A DNA stretch of 63,158 nt, counting the filler, from Asterionella formosa (taxonomy: Eukaryota): NCBI GenBank assembly GCA_002256025.1. It is 15 parts of 15 records of this genome, joined end to end, with 100 filler letters (N's around TTAATTAATTAA, not from the genome) between each part and the next. Parts side by side here need not be neighbours in the genome. Positions count along the whole stretch, not along the records: positions 26,582 to 48,645 come from NKIB01002867.1; positions 48,746 to 50,097 come from NKIB01002868.1; 13 more parts are not named here. One strand, given 5' to 3'. The translations under genes were made by a program, and so were the position numbers. Positions 36,610-50,097 of this stretch are shown here, in pieces; the first letter of the stretch is position 1, and the number at the start of each line of letters is the position of its first letter. Under the pieces are notes generated by a model. It was not told the DNA's origin. It saw nothing but the letters and a program-made list of their open reading frames with translations, and made no database searches.

Positions 36610-38040
36610 AACCAAATGCTAATAGTTCCAATATCCCTTTCTTTGTTCTCAACATTATCAAAGTCGACAAGGAAGGGAGAACTCTTAATGTTGGCTTGGC
36701 TTGTGTGAAAGGAGTGAGGGCATCGTTCAGAGAGAAACTCTTTTACATACTCAAATCAGATGGAACTGTACGCATGTTCAAGGAATCAAACAAAGGATTG
36801 ATCTACATGGATACTAAGGGAAGGTGAGCATGGAATTGGAACAACATTGGTGACTGTGGTAGACAATAACCATATTTACTATTCACAGGGGGGGGGCTAT
36901 TCGAAAGCCTTACTAGCTCGTAAAATACAGAAGATCATTGGATGACCAAGCACTAGAGCTAACATGAAAATTGTTGAAAAGAACTTGATGCTCAACTGGT
37001 CAAACTTTCCTATTACAAGAAAGGATGCTATTGTAGCTGCAGATCGCATCTTCAGACCAGCATCAAAGGGTCTCTAAAAAGGAAAACACTGTTTATGGCG
37101 GATCAGTACCAGTGCAGAAAGGCAAACATTCATGGATCTATCATGATTCGATAGTATCATGATGGCATGGTGGATGGTGGCATCTTCATGTTTGTCAACA
37201 AACTGCCTTTCCTTGTAACCACATCAAGGCTCATCAAACTCAGCACAGCAAAATTACTAACAAATCAACAGTACATCATGGCATCATCCTAACCGCATTG
37301 AAATACATATGTTAACCTCTTCTAAACAAGGATGTTGATGACAAAACTACTCCTGGATGGGCAATTCAATGGAATGCAGGGAGATATTGTGGCAGAGTTG
37401 GGTATAGCACTCAACACAGCAGCAAACGAAGTACATGTTCTAGAAATCGAATGGCATACTATCCAAACAAATATGGAATTTTCTTGGAGAATTTATACTA
37501 TGATACAATTTCAATGTGTCTGGGCACAGTATGTTCTTAAGCATATATATTACTGTATGATCTTCTGGCTCAATAGCTTCCCTGCAGCTGGAGGAATCTC
37601 GTATCTTTTATTCCATGTTCTATTGGTATCGTGGGATCTGCAATTGACTACACATGACACTGCCACATTGAATTCGGAACATATGTGCGATCACAGAAAA
37701 CACACGACAACATTATGACTCCTCAAACCACTGGTGCCCTCACTCTATGGGCTACAGGTAATCATCAAGGCAACCATCTCTTCTTTAGCACTACAGCCAG
37801 GTAAAATTTTAAACCGAAATAAAACTGGTCTGGACTGCACTTGCTTTCAATGCTTCTGAAGTTGTGGACAGAGTACATGCCCTTGCAAATTGTGCCCTTG
37901 AAGATGAGGCCCTCACATTTGCAAATCGTGCTGGGTGATCTTTGAGGATGATCACAACAATCATAATGAATAATGCAATTCTGAAAATGGTGACAACAAC
38001 CATGATGACAATGATGATGCTTTTGCAGAAGCTGATGCTC
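36610..38040 (+). mobile_element. Degraded Copia (CoDi) pol/integrase relic
   Basis: Frameshifted KALLARKIQKIIG*PS..PITRKDAI..SLKGKT, FMFVNKLPFLVTTSR, LDGQFNG..LNTAANEVHVLEIE and FWLNSFPAAGGIS. Confidence 0.8.
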
Positions 38041-39504
38041 CCACAAAACACAATAACATGCAGGTTGAGTGTCATTCTCATTCTCAATTATCTCCAAGGT
38101 CACCCTGAAGCCCCTCATCAGTGGTCTTGCCACATTGATCAAGTTTTTACTAATTTCGCAGATTCCAAAAAAAGAATTCCGCTTTATCCAAGAACCGATG
38201 TTTTGTGCTCAGTAGTGGTGCCTGATGCATAACTCTTAGGGAAAGGTGGAAGGATGAAAATCCCTGAGATTTCTTGACCTTGTGTGTACAGTCCTGTGAT
38301 TTTGACATGCAGGTCAGATTGAGAAATTCTGTAATTGTTGGCGTTGTCAAGTACCTTTTTGCGTTACTCCCAAGCTTTTTCTGCTAGCAGCCAGAGTTGG
38401 GTGACTGCCTCCTCGGCAGTCCAGTTGCGTGCCATGGCAACTTTCGTTTCCTCCAATTCCTCCAGAGTTGCCAAGCTCCATCTGTTTGATATAAGTATCC
38501 TCTGAGGGTCAGTTTTGTCTCTGTTGTTGGAGTGCTTCCTTAATTTGCAATTTTACCCATGGTGTAGTGCCAGGAACATACTAGTGTATGGGGAAGTCAG
38601 CATCCATGGGAGTGTGCATCATGTGTTTCAAGATATTAACAAAGATGGGTGTTATATTTGAGCCTCCCTTGAACTTCCCCAATTGGGAGAAGAAATATGT
38701 CAATCTGATCTCCCAATTGTATCTAATCTTGTTTGACTTGCATGTGAGTAGGTGCTCAGTGCTCTCACAAAAAATGGAAGTGAGAAGCCCTAGAATATTG
38801 AGATATACCTGAATGTTAAACAAATACATTGCTCAAAAGCCTCACTCATGTCAATAGAGAGATTTTCAATAACCAAATGTCAAAGGAGAACCACGGATCT
38901 GCTGGAAACCGATCTGGCGGCAAGTTAGAAATCGAACATGAAATGCACCCTGGGAAGCCATCAGACACTTTTATACCAGGTACAATGAGATGCATGTTGA
39001 ATCTTTGAATACACAGCCACAATGAGATATGTAGAAATCTCACAGCATTGCAATCCAAAACCGATGACATGCACCAATGTCAGTGCCCTGGTAACTGCTA
39101 ATGAATTCCTTGAGGAGATTGCTGTTGACGAAATATCTGACAGATATTCTAAGAAATAGCGAAATTGGTAAAATGTACATTTTGCTATGAAAGATGGGAT
39201 CAGGGAGATTGACAATTTCGATGGATGAGGAGAGAAAGGAAAGGGTGAATCTGATAGCTGACCTGACAAGCTCTAAAGGAGATAGGAAGGTGGGTTTGTT
39301 AAAAGAGTGATAAGATAAAGTTAATATAGATGAGGAATGATAAATAGTTAAGATAGTTTTAGGTATTGTCAGACAAAAAGACTTGAGTGATGTCACGTCA
39401 TAAAATACCGTTAGTAATTCAGTACCAGGTACCCGGTACCAGGCATACTACCACGAACCGGTAGCTTGATACAGATTTCTGACAAAAATTCTTTAGAACG
39501 TGAA

Positions 39505-39780
39505 ATGACGGAAACTGTTTAGACCTTTATGAAAGCGAGAAAGACGGGAGTTCTTGCAGTGAAGAATTCTTCTTTATGTCTGCGTGGATTGCAGTACCGA
39601 CACAAAACAAATCTCGTATTATGAATTACAAGGCATCCCTCATAAGCGAACAAGAAAAGCGGCGCTTGGCCTGATGCATCCATTCAGAATGCATGAATAT
39701 TTGCGATCGAAGAGTCATAAGTGGGCTTGGAGCGAGCCTCGAAGGTGGCTCTAAAGGATGCACGCGACACCGTATTTGAC
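39505..39780 (+). pseudogene. Possible relic of a diatom-specific 'CxRGLE' family gene
   Basis: SLCLRGLQYR..LISEQ..ASKVALKDA is spread over broken frames with stops. Confidence 0.3.
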
Positions 39781-40783
39781 AATGTCACGTTTCCTGAAAA
39801 CCAAAACGAAACGATGACCGACAATCTTGCTCTAATGAGATATCCTAGTTCACGTTCATCCCCACATCAACAGCATACCGACTCGGTTGGATTGCTACAT
39901 CTCAAAAAACGGATGGCCGTTGCCATAAATGCTGAATGTACCAAACCAAATGCCATTGCCCAGTATGTCAAAGGTAGCACTCAACAGGAAGAACCCACCA
40001 GGTCGTCCGTTGTTGCCGCAGTAGATTAACATTTAACGACTTGAATCTAATCCGCTAAATCATATACACCTTCTTCTTAGCGCAGTAATTTCACGTGTGA
40101 ATCTTGAGTGCATTTATCCCATTCTTGCTTATCAACCCTCCTTTTCCAAATACGGCTTACCATGTCTCCAGCTGTACCTCCCATCTTGTCAATTTTCAAC
40201 TCGACTACATGTATGCAATACATGACCTCATGAAACCAAGCACCAAGCACCATCTTTCTTGGCTTATGTTTGATAGGTAACATACACTGAGAGGCAGCAG
40301 CTCCATTGGAAGGAAGTCGAAGGGAATGCTTATTATTCAAACCAAATGCTGCGACCATAGCTTTTTCCTTACGTACAATTCTTGAAACTTGGTTGGTAAA
40401 CAATATCTGGCGACGGGCCACTTCTTCTCGATATTACTGGTAGGTCATAGATCAGTTGGTACAAACTGCAACATAAATTGTACCATAGTCCAACCACCAA
40501 AAGAGACTATTGCTACAGGTGCAAAATTCCATAGATGCTACTGTGTTCTCTAATAGCGACGACAGGCTTCAAACATGCATGGCTCAAAGTAAACACACCA
40601 GGAATGCTTCTGTAAATGCAAATAAAAGATTCCACAACATTAAATTGATCAGACAGCAGACCACAGATGTTAACTCCGAAGTGACCAGGATGAACGGAAA
40701 AGTAAAACAAGCCAAATCTCAGATTTGAGTCAATTGTCCAATTCATGGGGTGGTCGTAATGATGAATTGATCAAATCTAAGAC

Positions 40784-41767
40784 CTACACAAGACCTCGAT
40801 CCGATTGTGAGTATTCGTTGTAGGTACCGTGGCAACTAGTGTCGGAGCCTTTGTCACACAATGGAGCTTTGCGGAACCATTCATTCCAAGTCATTGACTG
40901 GAAGTTTTCTTCTGCAATAGCTTGTCCAGTATCGTCATCGTGTTCATTCATGTATAGTCTCCCCTGATTGACTATCCAATGCCGGTACATAATCCAGCGA
41001 ATGAAAACTCCTAGTGTAATCACGACGGGTAATCCGATGACACCAATTGCAAACAGCCAACGCCAGGCCTTTTGGGCGTCTTCATAGTCGTCTCGTTTAA
41101 GTTTCGAAATTTGAAAGCAAATGATTGTAGATCCAGCCAAGCAAAAGGCTGCCCATGCGATGGAAACAGCGGCGAGTGTATGGTTCTCACTACGAGAGTC
41201 GCTGCTGGCTTGAACATCAATTTCTAAATCCATCTTAGGTTGCCCAGAAAACGGACGATTGAGGAGTCTGACGATGCTGACTTTTTCTCTTGAGAATCGC
41301 TCATAGACGCGAACATTCTTCTTTATCCACCACATGCGAGATTCTGGGTATGTATACTCAACTGATGCGTAGTTTCCCCCCCCACAGAATATACGAGCTA
41401 CCAACCCGGGCTCAATGTACACGACATCGCCAAGACAGACTTCACCAGCTTCAAGGTAATATTTCATTAATTCTCGTCGCTTTGGAATAAATAAGAGGCA
41501 ATGAATACCTAGCCACAACCAGAGTCCTTCAAAGATCAAGAAGATAGGGATCAATTCGATCAAAGGAATGAGAGCCCCTGTATCTGCGTAGGCCTGTTTG
41601 ACAACAACATCGTCTATTACATCGTCCGCGAGGTTGTAAATGGGCTTGGATGGCCTCGTAATTGCCTCGTAGAGAAAATAGAGCAAGACTGCCAGCAAAG
41701 GTAGTGAGGCCAAGAGGAGCTGAACCAGATGGCTGGAGGGTTTGGCCAGGCGAACCCTTGACTGCAT
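40784..41767 (-). CDS. Hypothetical multi-pass membrane protein
   Basis: 327-aa single ORF with about four hydrophobic segments (LLLASLPLLAVLLYFLY, IPIFLIFEGLWLWLGIHCLLFI, LAAVSIAWAAFCLAGSTIICF, LFAIGVIGLPVVITLGVFI). No family recognised. Confidence 0.75.
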   Translation of the reverse strand: MQSRVRLAKPSSHLVQLLLASLPLLAVLLYFLYEAITRPSKPIYNLADDVIDDVVVKQAYADTGALIPLIELIPIFLIFEGLWLWLGIHCLLFIPKRRELMKYYLEAGEVCLGDVVYIEPGLVARIFCGGGNYASVEYTYPESRMWWIKKNVRVYERFSREKVSIVRLLNRPFSGQPKMDLEIDVQASSDSRSENHTLAAVSIAWAAFCLAGSTIICFQISKLKRDDYEDAQKAWRWLFAIGVIGLPVVITLGVFIRWIMYRHWIVNQGRLYMNEHDDDTGQAIAEENFQSMTWNEWFRKAPLCDKGSDTSCHGTYNEYSQSDRGLV

Positions 41768-42644
41768 TCTTTCCTTGAGTGCAATGAAAGGGATAGTTTT
41801 ACGTGCACGAGGTTGAGCAAACTACCGGTAGTCAATATTGACTCAGGTTAAATTGATGGGCGACAAGGCGGCATTTATCAGCAAAGTTAACAATCGGTTT
41901 GTTGCAGACACCACAATTTCAGTAAATGCTTTGACGAAACAATGACCTTGTATAGGATGTAGAATCCTAGAGTGTTCCTGACAACCGCTACCAGCANNNN
42001 NNNNNNNNNNNNNNNNNNNNNNNNNNNNNNNNNNNNNNNNNNNNNNNNNNNNNNNNNNNNNNNNNNNNNNNNNNNNNNNNNNNNNNNNNNNNNNNNNNNN
42101 NNNNNNNNNNNNNNNNNNNNNNNNNNNNNNNNNNNNNNNNNNNNNNNNNNNNNNNNNNNNNNNNNNNNNNNNNNNNNNNNNNNNNNNNNNNNNNNNNNNN
42201 NNNNNNNNNNNNNNNNNNNNNNNNNNNNNNNNNNNNNNNNNNNNNNNNNNNNNNNNNNNNNNNNNNNNNNNNNNNNNNNNNNNNNNNNNNNNNNNNNNNN
42301 NNNNNNNNNNNNNNNNNNNNNNNNNNNNNNNNNNNNNNNNNNNNNNNNNNNNNNNNNNNNNNNNNNNNNNNNNNNNNNNNNNNNNNNNNNNNNNNNNNNN
42401 NNNNNNNNNNNNNNNNNNNNNNNNNNNNNNNNNNNNNNNNNNNNNNNNNNNNNNNNNNNNNNNNNNNNNNNNNNNNNNNNNNNNNNNNNNNNNNATAATT
42501 GATTGAACGAAAACAAACAAATTTCTAACCAATGGTTGCATACAAATCATATTTTTCTTTGTCTGTAATAAATGATTACAAATACATGAACATTGTCTGC
42601 CTCTCTAGGGTGATGATTAGAGTCAGACAGTCTTCTGGAGGAAT

Positions 42645-43495
42645 CTAATGGATGTATCCAGAGTTGGCATATTCATGAAGGGCAATACTGAGCGGCTTGA
42701 AGAAGATGGGGGTTTCGTCTACAACCCCAAGTTTGGTAACAGCTTCCTGTACGGCGAATGCAGTTACAGCAATCATGGCAAGACGTCCGTTCTTGATCTC
42801 AGCAAGTTGCATGCTTTTTTGGCTTGCAGCATCCTTTGGGTAAACTCCGAAAGGATCGAATCCCAAGTTTCCTGGGAAGTATCCATCCGCGTTCTTTTGA
42901 GCCTTCACAGTACCGTAAAGATCAATAGCAGCAGCTGCTGCAATGCACCCAATCCAATACAGAGGAGAAATCTTTCCTAGGCCGCCGTTCAGGATGGAAG
43001 GAACGCGGTCGTCACCATCAAGGACAGGAGCCATGTTGAGCATCGCAGCAATCTTTTTGTCAGCTAGCTCGGAAATTGGCCAACCAGCAGCTGCCTGTTA
43101 TATAAAATAATATATCGAGGTTAGCAATGAACGTTTCGACAAAGCAAAGGACTTATCAGGCACACACATAGACTTACTAGCATGGCAAGTCGAGCATGCT
43201 TGATCTCTGCCTCGCGGTAGTTCATGAGGTCTTGCTCCGACTTTGCGAATCCGAAGGGATCGAAACCTACATCTCCAGCTAAAGTTCCAGTGAGAGCCGC
43301 TGGTCGAACCATGAATGGCATTGACTGGGACATCTTTGGAAGTGGATCCTCGACAAACACTGGGTCTTCACTTATGGAGGCGGCATTCTCCGACAGTCGG
43401 AGCGCAGACACTTGAGTGTTCTTCAAGGCAGTAGGAGCAGTGAAGGCAGAAGCAGCGCCGATGAGGGCAATGATGGAGGCGGCAAAGATTTTCAT
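42645..43495 (-). CDS. Light-harvesting complex (fucoxanthin-chlorophyll a/c-binding superfamily, possibly Lhcz-like) protein, 2 exons (43495-43178, 43094-42645)
   Basis: Presequence [70 protein letters not shown]. Intron 43095-43177 (GTAAG..ACAG). Confidence 0.95.
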
Positions 43496-45921
43496 ATTTA
43501 TTTTGTCGTTGTGAAGTTGACGCAAATTAAAACTGTGAGAAAGAGTAGATGGAACTGGTGGAAGTTGCCTGTCTCGCACATGCGTCATGATACAAAACAC
43601 GGCATCATCAGCAAGAATTCCAATAATTAACAGCACGAAGTCCTACGAGAGTTTGTCATCGATACAGTCAGCTATGATGCTGTGGTGGGACACAACAATC
43701 GATCACTTCGCTCATGAACAAGGGGCTGACTCACTCCTTTTTTAAATGATGCACATTATCCAAATTCCCCACGATGTACAATGTCCTACCCACACATACT
43801 GGTACTCCATGATTCATACACCGGTATGTCATGCATGATGAGTGATGATGATGTGATCATATTTGTACAATTGCCATGTAGCTGCACCACTGCAAGAGGT
43901 ACATACCGGTATAAATCCAAAATACAAATATACACGGGTGAATTGTATTTTTGTGCATCATCATGCATGAATACATGCGTAGATACATACATACATGAAC
44001 ACATACATACCGGCATGTTCTGTATTGTGTATTGTACTCTAGCAGTATCTGGTACCTGGTAACAGGTACCAGGTAGTGTCAACGAAGGTGGCAGAGGTGT
44101 CATTCTTCGGAGTAGGAAGAGGGAAGAGACAAGTGCTTTTCATTGCTGCGGACCCCTGTGGCAAGTGTGGATGTGTGAAGGGGGTCAAGAGTGGTGGCCA
44201 GAGCTTACAGAGGGGCAAAATAGGGTAAAAGAGATTACATTTCAGTGGGATTATGCAACCAAGCATCAGGGCTTTCCAGTTTCGACCAAAGTTTCAAATG
44301 TAGACTTGGAGGATTTGCATGGGGGATGAGCAGGAGTGAAGGAGACAGTTTCAGCCATAGGAATATCAGGAGGAGCAGGAGTGAGAGGAGCAGCATGGGC
44401 AGAAGCGCCATGTGAACATACAAATATACATTTGTTACCTGTATATATCACCAAATGCCGTTTTACATCAGCCGAGGACCACTCAAATATTTGCCGGAAA
44501 CCAAATATAGCATGCCTCTATCATAATTACTATAAAACTTGAAGGGGGTTTGCTTTGTTGGTTAGCACGCCTTCATAGGTGGCAGGTTTGATTCATTCAT
44601 GTAGTCCCTAGGGTTGCTTCTGGGGGCGGTGCATCTAATAAATTAAAAAAAGACAGGTTCCTGTTGTACCATATGGACGATTAAAACTGGTACATGTCCA
44701 CGCACAACAGCGCCCGAAGTCACTGTGTTTGTTGGAATGATCCTGGGTTGGTAGTAAATAAGTACAAAAGTACATGAACATCAGGGCGGCTGGCAGCAGC
44801 AGGAAGCGCTATGTGGTCTACCCTTCTAGCAAACAATAAGTAGTCTTAAAGCGCTTGTTAATATGAGTGAGGTTCAAATTTTTTACTATATTACTTGAAT
44901 CACAGTCATTCCATATCGTTTTACGCCGGTTGCTACATATCCATCGACCATACCGCCAAATATTTAAATGGTTTCAATCATCAAAACAAGCATACCATTG
45001 TTTCCTTGCTTCCCATCATTGCCACTTTCATCATCACATATTCCATAATCGAAGGCAAGTTGCCGTTGCTATACTGTTATATTACTCTAGTTCACATAAA
45101 TGAAAAGAATAGATGGTTCAAAGAAAACTGGGTCCTCATGCTTCTGCATTTGCTAGTGATAGCCAAAAATGAAAATCGAGCTCAAAAAGTTTTTGAAATG
45201 TAGCTGCCAATTTTACCACTATTTCTATCTATATTATATACTTGGGTGCATAGCTTAGAGTGAATCGCACATTAAAGCGATTGAATCGGAGACCACGGCC
45301 ATCGCAAGTTGCACACTAGGGCGATTGAGTCCGAGAAAATCGTAGTAGTCAAAATGCCACCAAGAGAAACTTAAAGAATTGAGGCAATTGTTTTAGCCCA
45401 GAGGGAGTACCTGGACCACGGTAGCAGCATTTAATTCAGCCATTAAAGAGGTTGAGTCAGTCGATATTTCTGAAAATACGAATGGCATTCGACAGGAGAC
45501 AAATAAGCGGTATCATTTCCATCAGTGGCAGTGTGAAGACAATGATGACGAACAATGGAATCAGTTACACACACTGGGAAAGAGACGAAGGCGATTATAG
45601 AAAGAGATGAAACCAAAAATGAAATTGTAAGATTTGTTAAAACAATTATATGAAGTGCCAGGAACAGAAGGGAAGAAGAGTTTGATGATGCGTCGGAATT
45701 TTAGTCTGGCGCTACCTATGAATAAACGCTATATCACACCATATGAAGAGATATACATAGCCAGTACCCACCCGCAGGCAGGCGCAAGAAACGCTTTGTG
45801 TGCAGAAAATGTGCTTTTACATACACTGGTACTGTACAAGTCATGATTGATTTTCAGCTGCTGGGCTATCAAGGCAATCCCAACCTAGCTATCGTCTTGT
45901 TTTTCGATGAGAACTGTGGGT

Positions 45922-46300
45922 GTCTAAGTAATTTTTGGCATCTATAAGTATTTTTTTATTTAGGGGCAATATAGGGCACATTGGATTTTTCGGGAGTCAA
46001 TTTTAGGTTTGAGCAGCAGGGACCATCGAGCAACGTCAGGAGAAGAATTTTCATGGGAAAAAGTTTAGACACATCAAAAATGCATGGACCAACGAATATA
46101 CCGTAACCGGTATATGCAGGAAAAATAGTCACACAAGAATGATTGTAACAAGCATAGAAAATTCGACACGATGTTGTAAAGCACCCAAAGTATGAAACGG
46201 AAATCGAAACGTAAGACGTGAAAATGACAAGCAGGGAGTAGAGTAAAAAGTGAAAAATATATGGTTGAGCGGAAAAATCGTGTGATATTTTGTCAACGCA
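45922..46300. repeat. Repeat family B end (inverted copy of 14540-14775)
   Basis: TCTAAGTAATTTTT...TTATTTAGGGGCAATATAGGGCACATTGGATTTTTCGG. Confidence 0.7.
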
Positions 46301-48094
46301 TTTCATAAGTTTCTTCATCTTCTTTTCCGAAAACATGAAGTCATCTAGTGTAAACAATGAAAGTAAGTCGACTCACATTTCTTGTTTGACTTATCCTTTG
46401 CATGAAATCCATGAAATGCCATTTCGAAAGTTGTCAAAGGGCCAGAAGACTATGATGTAAAACAGTGGAAGGGAAACGCGGAGCTTTTTGCGGCGCTTGT
46501 GGAGGTGCAGCTGGTGTGATGATAACCGGGTGTAGTAATTGTTGAACAGAGCACAGCAGTGTAATATGCATGTTCCTCCAGTGAAGTGTTAAAAAATACA
46601 CATGCCGGCATCAATACAGCTATAACAAGGAAAAAGATACAACAATGAATGTGATGGCTGGTTGTTGAGGATTCCGGTATGTGATATGCATCAATTCATA
46701 TCACAGATCATATTATGGTGATGTACATATCAACGCATCCGTATACTTAGATCCTATCCACTGTATAATACTATCATATTAACTGTTGACTTTAACTGTA
46801 TACATTAGACGACAAACATATATATTAATTAACATACTTTATGATTGCTTGATTTATATTCTGTGATGTATCGATAACACTTGCGTACATATTTTATCGT
46901 ATTTATTGTCATTGTATTATTTTAACATGATCATATTTTGATCAAAATTATATCACAAACATTTTAAGAAATCAACATAGTTCTATGATCAATGCATCAT
47001 AGCTATGTGAAATACTTTATTCAATATTACGTATCATACTTTGCTGATGTATGCATCGATGTAAACCTATCGTGATATCACATTATCATCCTATCAATCA
47101 TGATGAGATGATTGGGAACTGTAGTATTCTACATTGTACTACAGAGTATGATATTATAGCACGCACTTTAGTAGCTAAGTCACTCCTGTAATGTACACAA
47201 GTCGATAGTGCACATACACACACGCTTATCAGGTTTGAGGCAATGGACAGGGGTTCCAACGAGCGAATGACAATACCATGGGTACCAATTTTTCCAGCGG
47301 CAAACCGCAATGATGAAGGACACTTGTCCCTCTATTGATGAGGATAACACGGACACCGACTTTTCCAGGAGCAAACAACAATGAAGAAGACCCACTTTTC
47401 GCTGCTCTATTGATGGTAACAAGATGCGGACAAGTTCAACAGTGAATACAAGAACAACAGACCAATGAAAACAAGTCAGCAGTGTGGGTACGCACACACC
47501 AACCAGTTTGAGGCAACAGACAGTTCCAACAAGCAAATGGCGATACAGATATCAAATACTTCCTATGAGCAAACAACAATGAAGAGAGCCACTTGCTTTC
47601 GCTCTCTTGATGGTATCAAAGATGCGGACAAGTTCAATAGTTAATACAAGTACAGTATGCCAAATGCAGAAATGAGTGAGCGATATGAAAATGAAATTGT
47701 AATCAGAATCATTCTATAACTATAGCTATGTGGACAGTAGTCTGTTACATTTTCGTATCTCCTTCTATGCTGAATCTCAATAGTAGATATAGTATCATGT
47801 GAGAATTGAAGATTTCAACAAGAACAAGTAGAATGTGTTTGTTTACGGGTTGATTGGCGAGATTGTAATGCTGGTGGTTGACAAAACGGGTTCACAATGT
47901 GTGCTGTGTGCGGAACCATTACAAGTTCGAATGATTTCTTCTCTGTAAACTCTTAATTGAATGATTATGAACAAAGGTTCACTGCACATGACGATTACTC
48001 AAAGAAATAATGATCACATGACCAGCAATTGAAGACGTCGTTATCGCAAACAATCATTCCACTTGTCATCACTAGTATTTCGTTGTTGTTGAAA

Positions 48095-48353
48095 AATCAG
48101 AGTGATGACGGATGGAAATGATGAGCCAAATTACATTATTTCAGCTGGTACGACATTATCCTACCTAGAAATTCTAATACACGAATCTAATAGAAACAAT
48201 AGATGTAATTATTAAATATATGTAGTCAAAAGGGTTAACATTTAAATTACAAGGGCCTTTATCAAAATTATTAGATGATATAACGAAAAATTATGATCCG
48301 ATGATCACAATCCTATGATGCATCATGGAAATATGATAGGCTTTATTTGCAGA
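48095..48353 (+). repeat. Repeat family A terminal segment
   Basis: Matches 5800-6049 and 60085-60255 directly and 21905-22113 inverted. Ends ATGATAGGCTTTATTTGCAGA. Confidence 0.75.
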
Positions 48354-49497
48354 AATTCGCTCTATGCATCTTTCCTCCTGGCAAAGTTGTTCTAAGACTC
48401 TCTTCAAGTTTCCACTTAACATTTCCATAGAAATCTTCAATCTTTGATATCGTTAGACAGCTGATTGACATGGCAATAAAATATTCGACTCTTTCGATTA
48501 CAATCGAGTCCATTATCCTTGTGATTTTGGCTAATATTCTTGACATCCTCCCCATTACCACGCTCAAGAGGCTGGAACATCGTTCCACTCTGAACTGGTT
48601 CTGACAATCTCGTGTGAATCTCTTTCTTCATGTTCTTAGCTAGTCNNNNNNNNNNNNNNNNNNNNNNNNNNNNNNNNNNNNNNNNNNNNTTAATTAATTA
48701 ANNNNNNNNNNNNNNNNNNNNNNNNNNNNNNNNNNNNNNNNNNNNTCGTGTCTTCGCTAAAATATATTATGCAAGTATTGGCTTCTTTGTTGCATCATTA
48801 GCATTGTAAAACGACAACTTGATTGAATTCATATTTTGTACATGCGGTACCAGGTACCAGGACACCAGGTACGGTACCTGGTACCACCTAAAAACTGAGA
48901 GTCATACAAACTTTCAGTTTTGTACTGATAGTCATAACAAAACGGGGTAATCACACGGTTTGAGACGAATATTTGTAATATTATAAATCTGTATTAGACA
49001 AAGTCCTTCCTGTTCATGTAAGGAACAGCATTGTTCGTACTTGAACACTGCAATCTCGTACCAGTTCTTTAGTTATAGTAGCCCAAAATTGGCTGTCGAC
49101 GGTTTTTGGTCCAAATCAGTTTTACCCCATTAGCCTGCATGACTTTTTCAACACATAGGAGAAGCTGAAGCTATATAAATAATTAGCTTGTTTCAAGACT
49201 TTTCCGCATCATTACTACCGGTATGGCATGTTTGCGCCATTGCAATTAAGGTTCCTGCATTTGAACCCCTAGCTCGAGGTAGGGTTAAAAAAATAATATT
49301 AAGTCAGAGTAGTCAAACATAGACTTCTTACGAGTAAAACGTAAATGTATATCGCTAAACGGAGCTTTCACCAATACACACCCTTTCCACATGCTTAAAT
49401 ACAGTCATTTATCAAAGTAGGGGTATAGGTCAACGCTATATATCGTCAGGATATAGGATCTGGCGAGAAACTGCAGAAAGGAACTTCGGTTTTTTAA

Positions 49498-50097
49498 CTA
49501 TGCTGAAAATAGTCGGCCAGAGAGAGGTTCCGGTTTTTTTTTAATCCAAGCGCCATAGTAAACTTTCAACCGGAGACAATCTGCTTTTGAGGGACGCTCG
49601 AGGGAGACTGGGCCATTGGATTTCATAAAAGCTGGGCGGAGAAGGACCCGTACTCTGTGGGATGGGTCAGACAGAAATGTAGGTTCGGGTACAGTCAGTG
49701 GAAGGCATCCTTTGTCCGATTTTTTTAATCCTTTCAATGTTCTTGGCCATTGGAAGGATGGCTGTAGTTTCAATAACTCCTTATAGGACCACTTAGAAAC
49801 AGCTCGAATAGTAGAATCATCATCACAGATGATTGTAGAGTAGATAACATTGTTTTTCATTACTGCATCAATCATCATTTCTACACCAGCATCTGGTTCC
49901 ATTGCTTTCGAACTACCAGTTACATGATTCTTGGGACAAACATGTTCCTTGATTGGTTTCTTGTACCGTATAGCCCTGTCGCACACATTACAGACCTTAG
50001 ATTTCACTCTGTAGTCTAGTATCTTTTTCGTGTAGCCGCCAATACAAAAAGCATGTCCACTTACAGAGTTGTACTTATTCCCGCTGGAACGCTGCTG
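49498..50097 (-). mobile_element. Mutator-like transposase domain fragment (5' part in gap)
   Basis: The frame is open from the gap: QRSSGNKYNSVSGHAFCIGGYTKKILDYRVKSKVCNVC..HVCPKNH.GSSKAMEPD..YSTIICDDDSTIRA..FLSDPSHRVR. Confidence 0.8.

Noticed and set aside
38150..39400. Possible restriction-like-endonuclease non-LTR relic (PDRFPAD, HCGC on the minus strand); similar weak hints at 44075-44560
   Set aside because: Too degraded to assign by eye.
41843..42550. ORFs spanning long N-runs
   Set aside because: Their length is due to ambiguous bases.
24226..43495. Host genes as a functional cluster (NRT2, HIP, Ubl, IleRS, carrier, LHC)
   Set aside because: They share no pathway, have mixed orientations, and are separated by gaps and TE relics.
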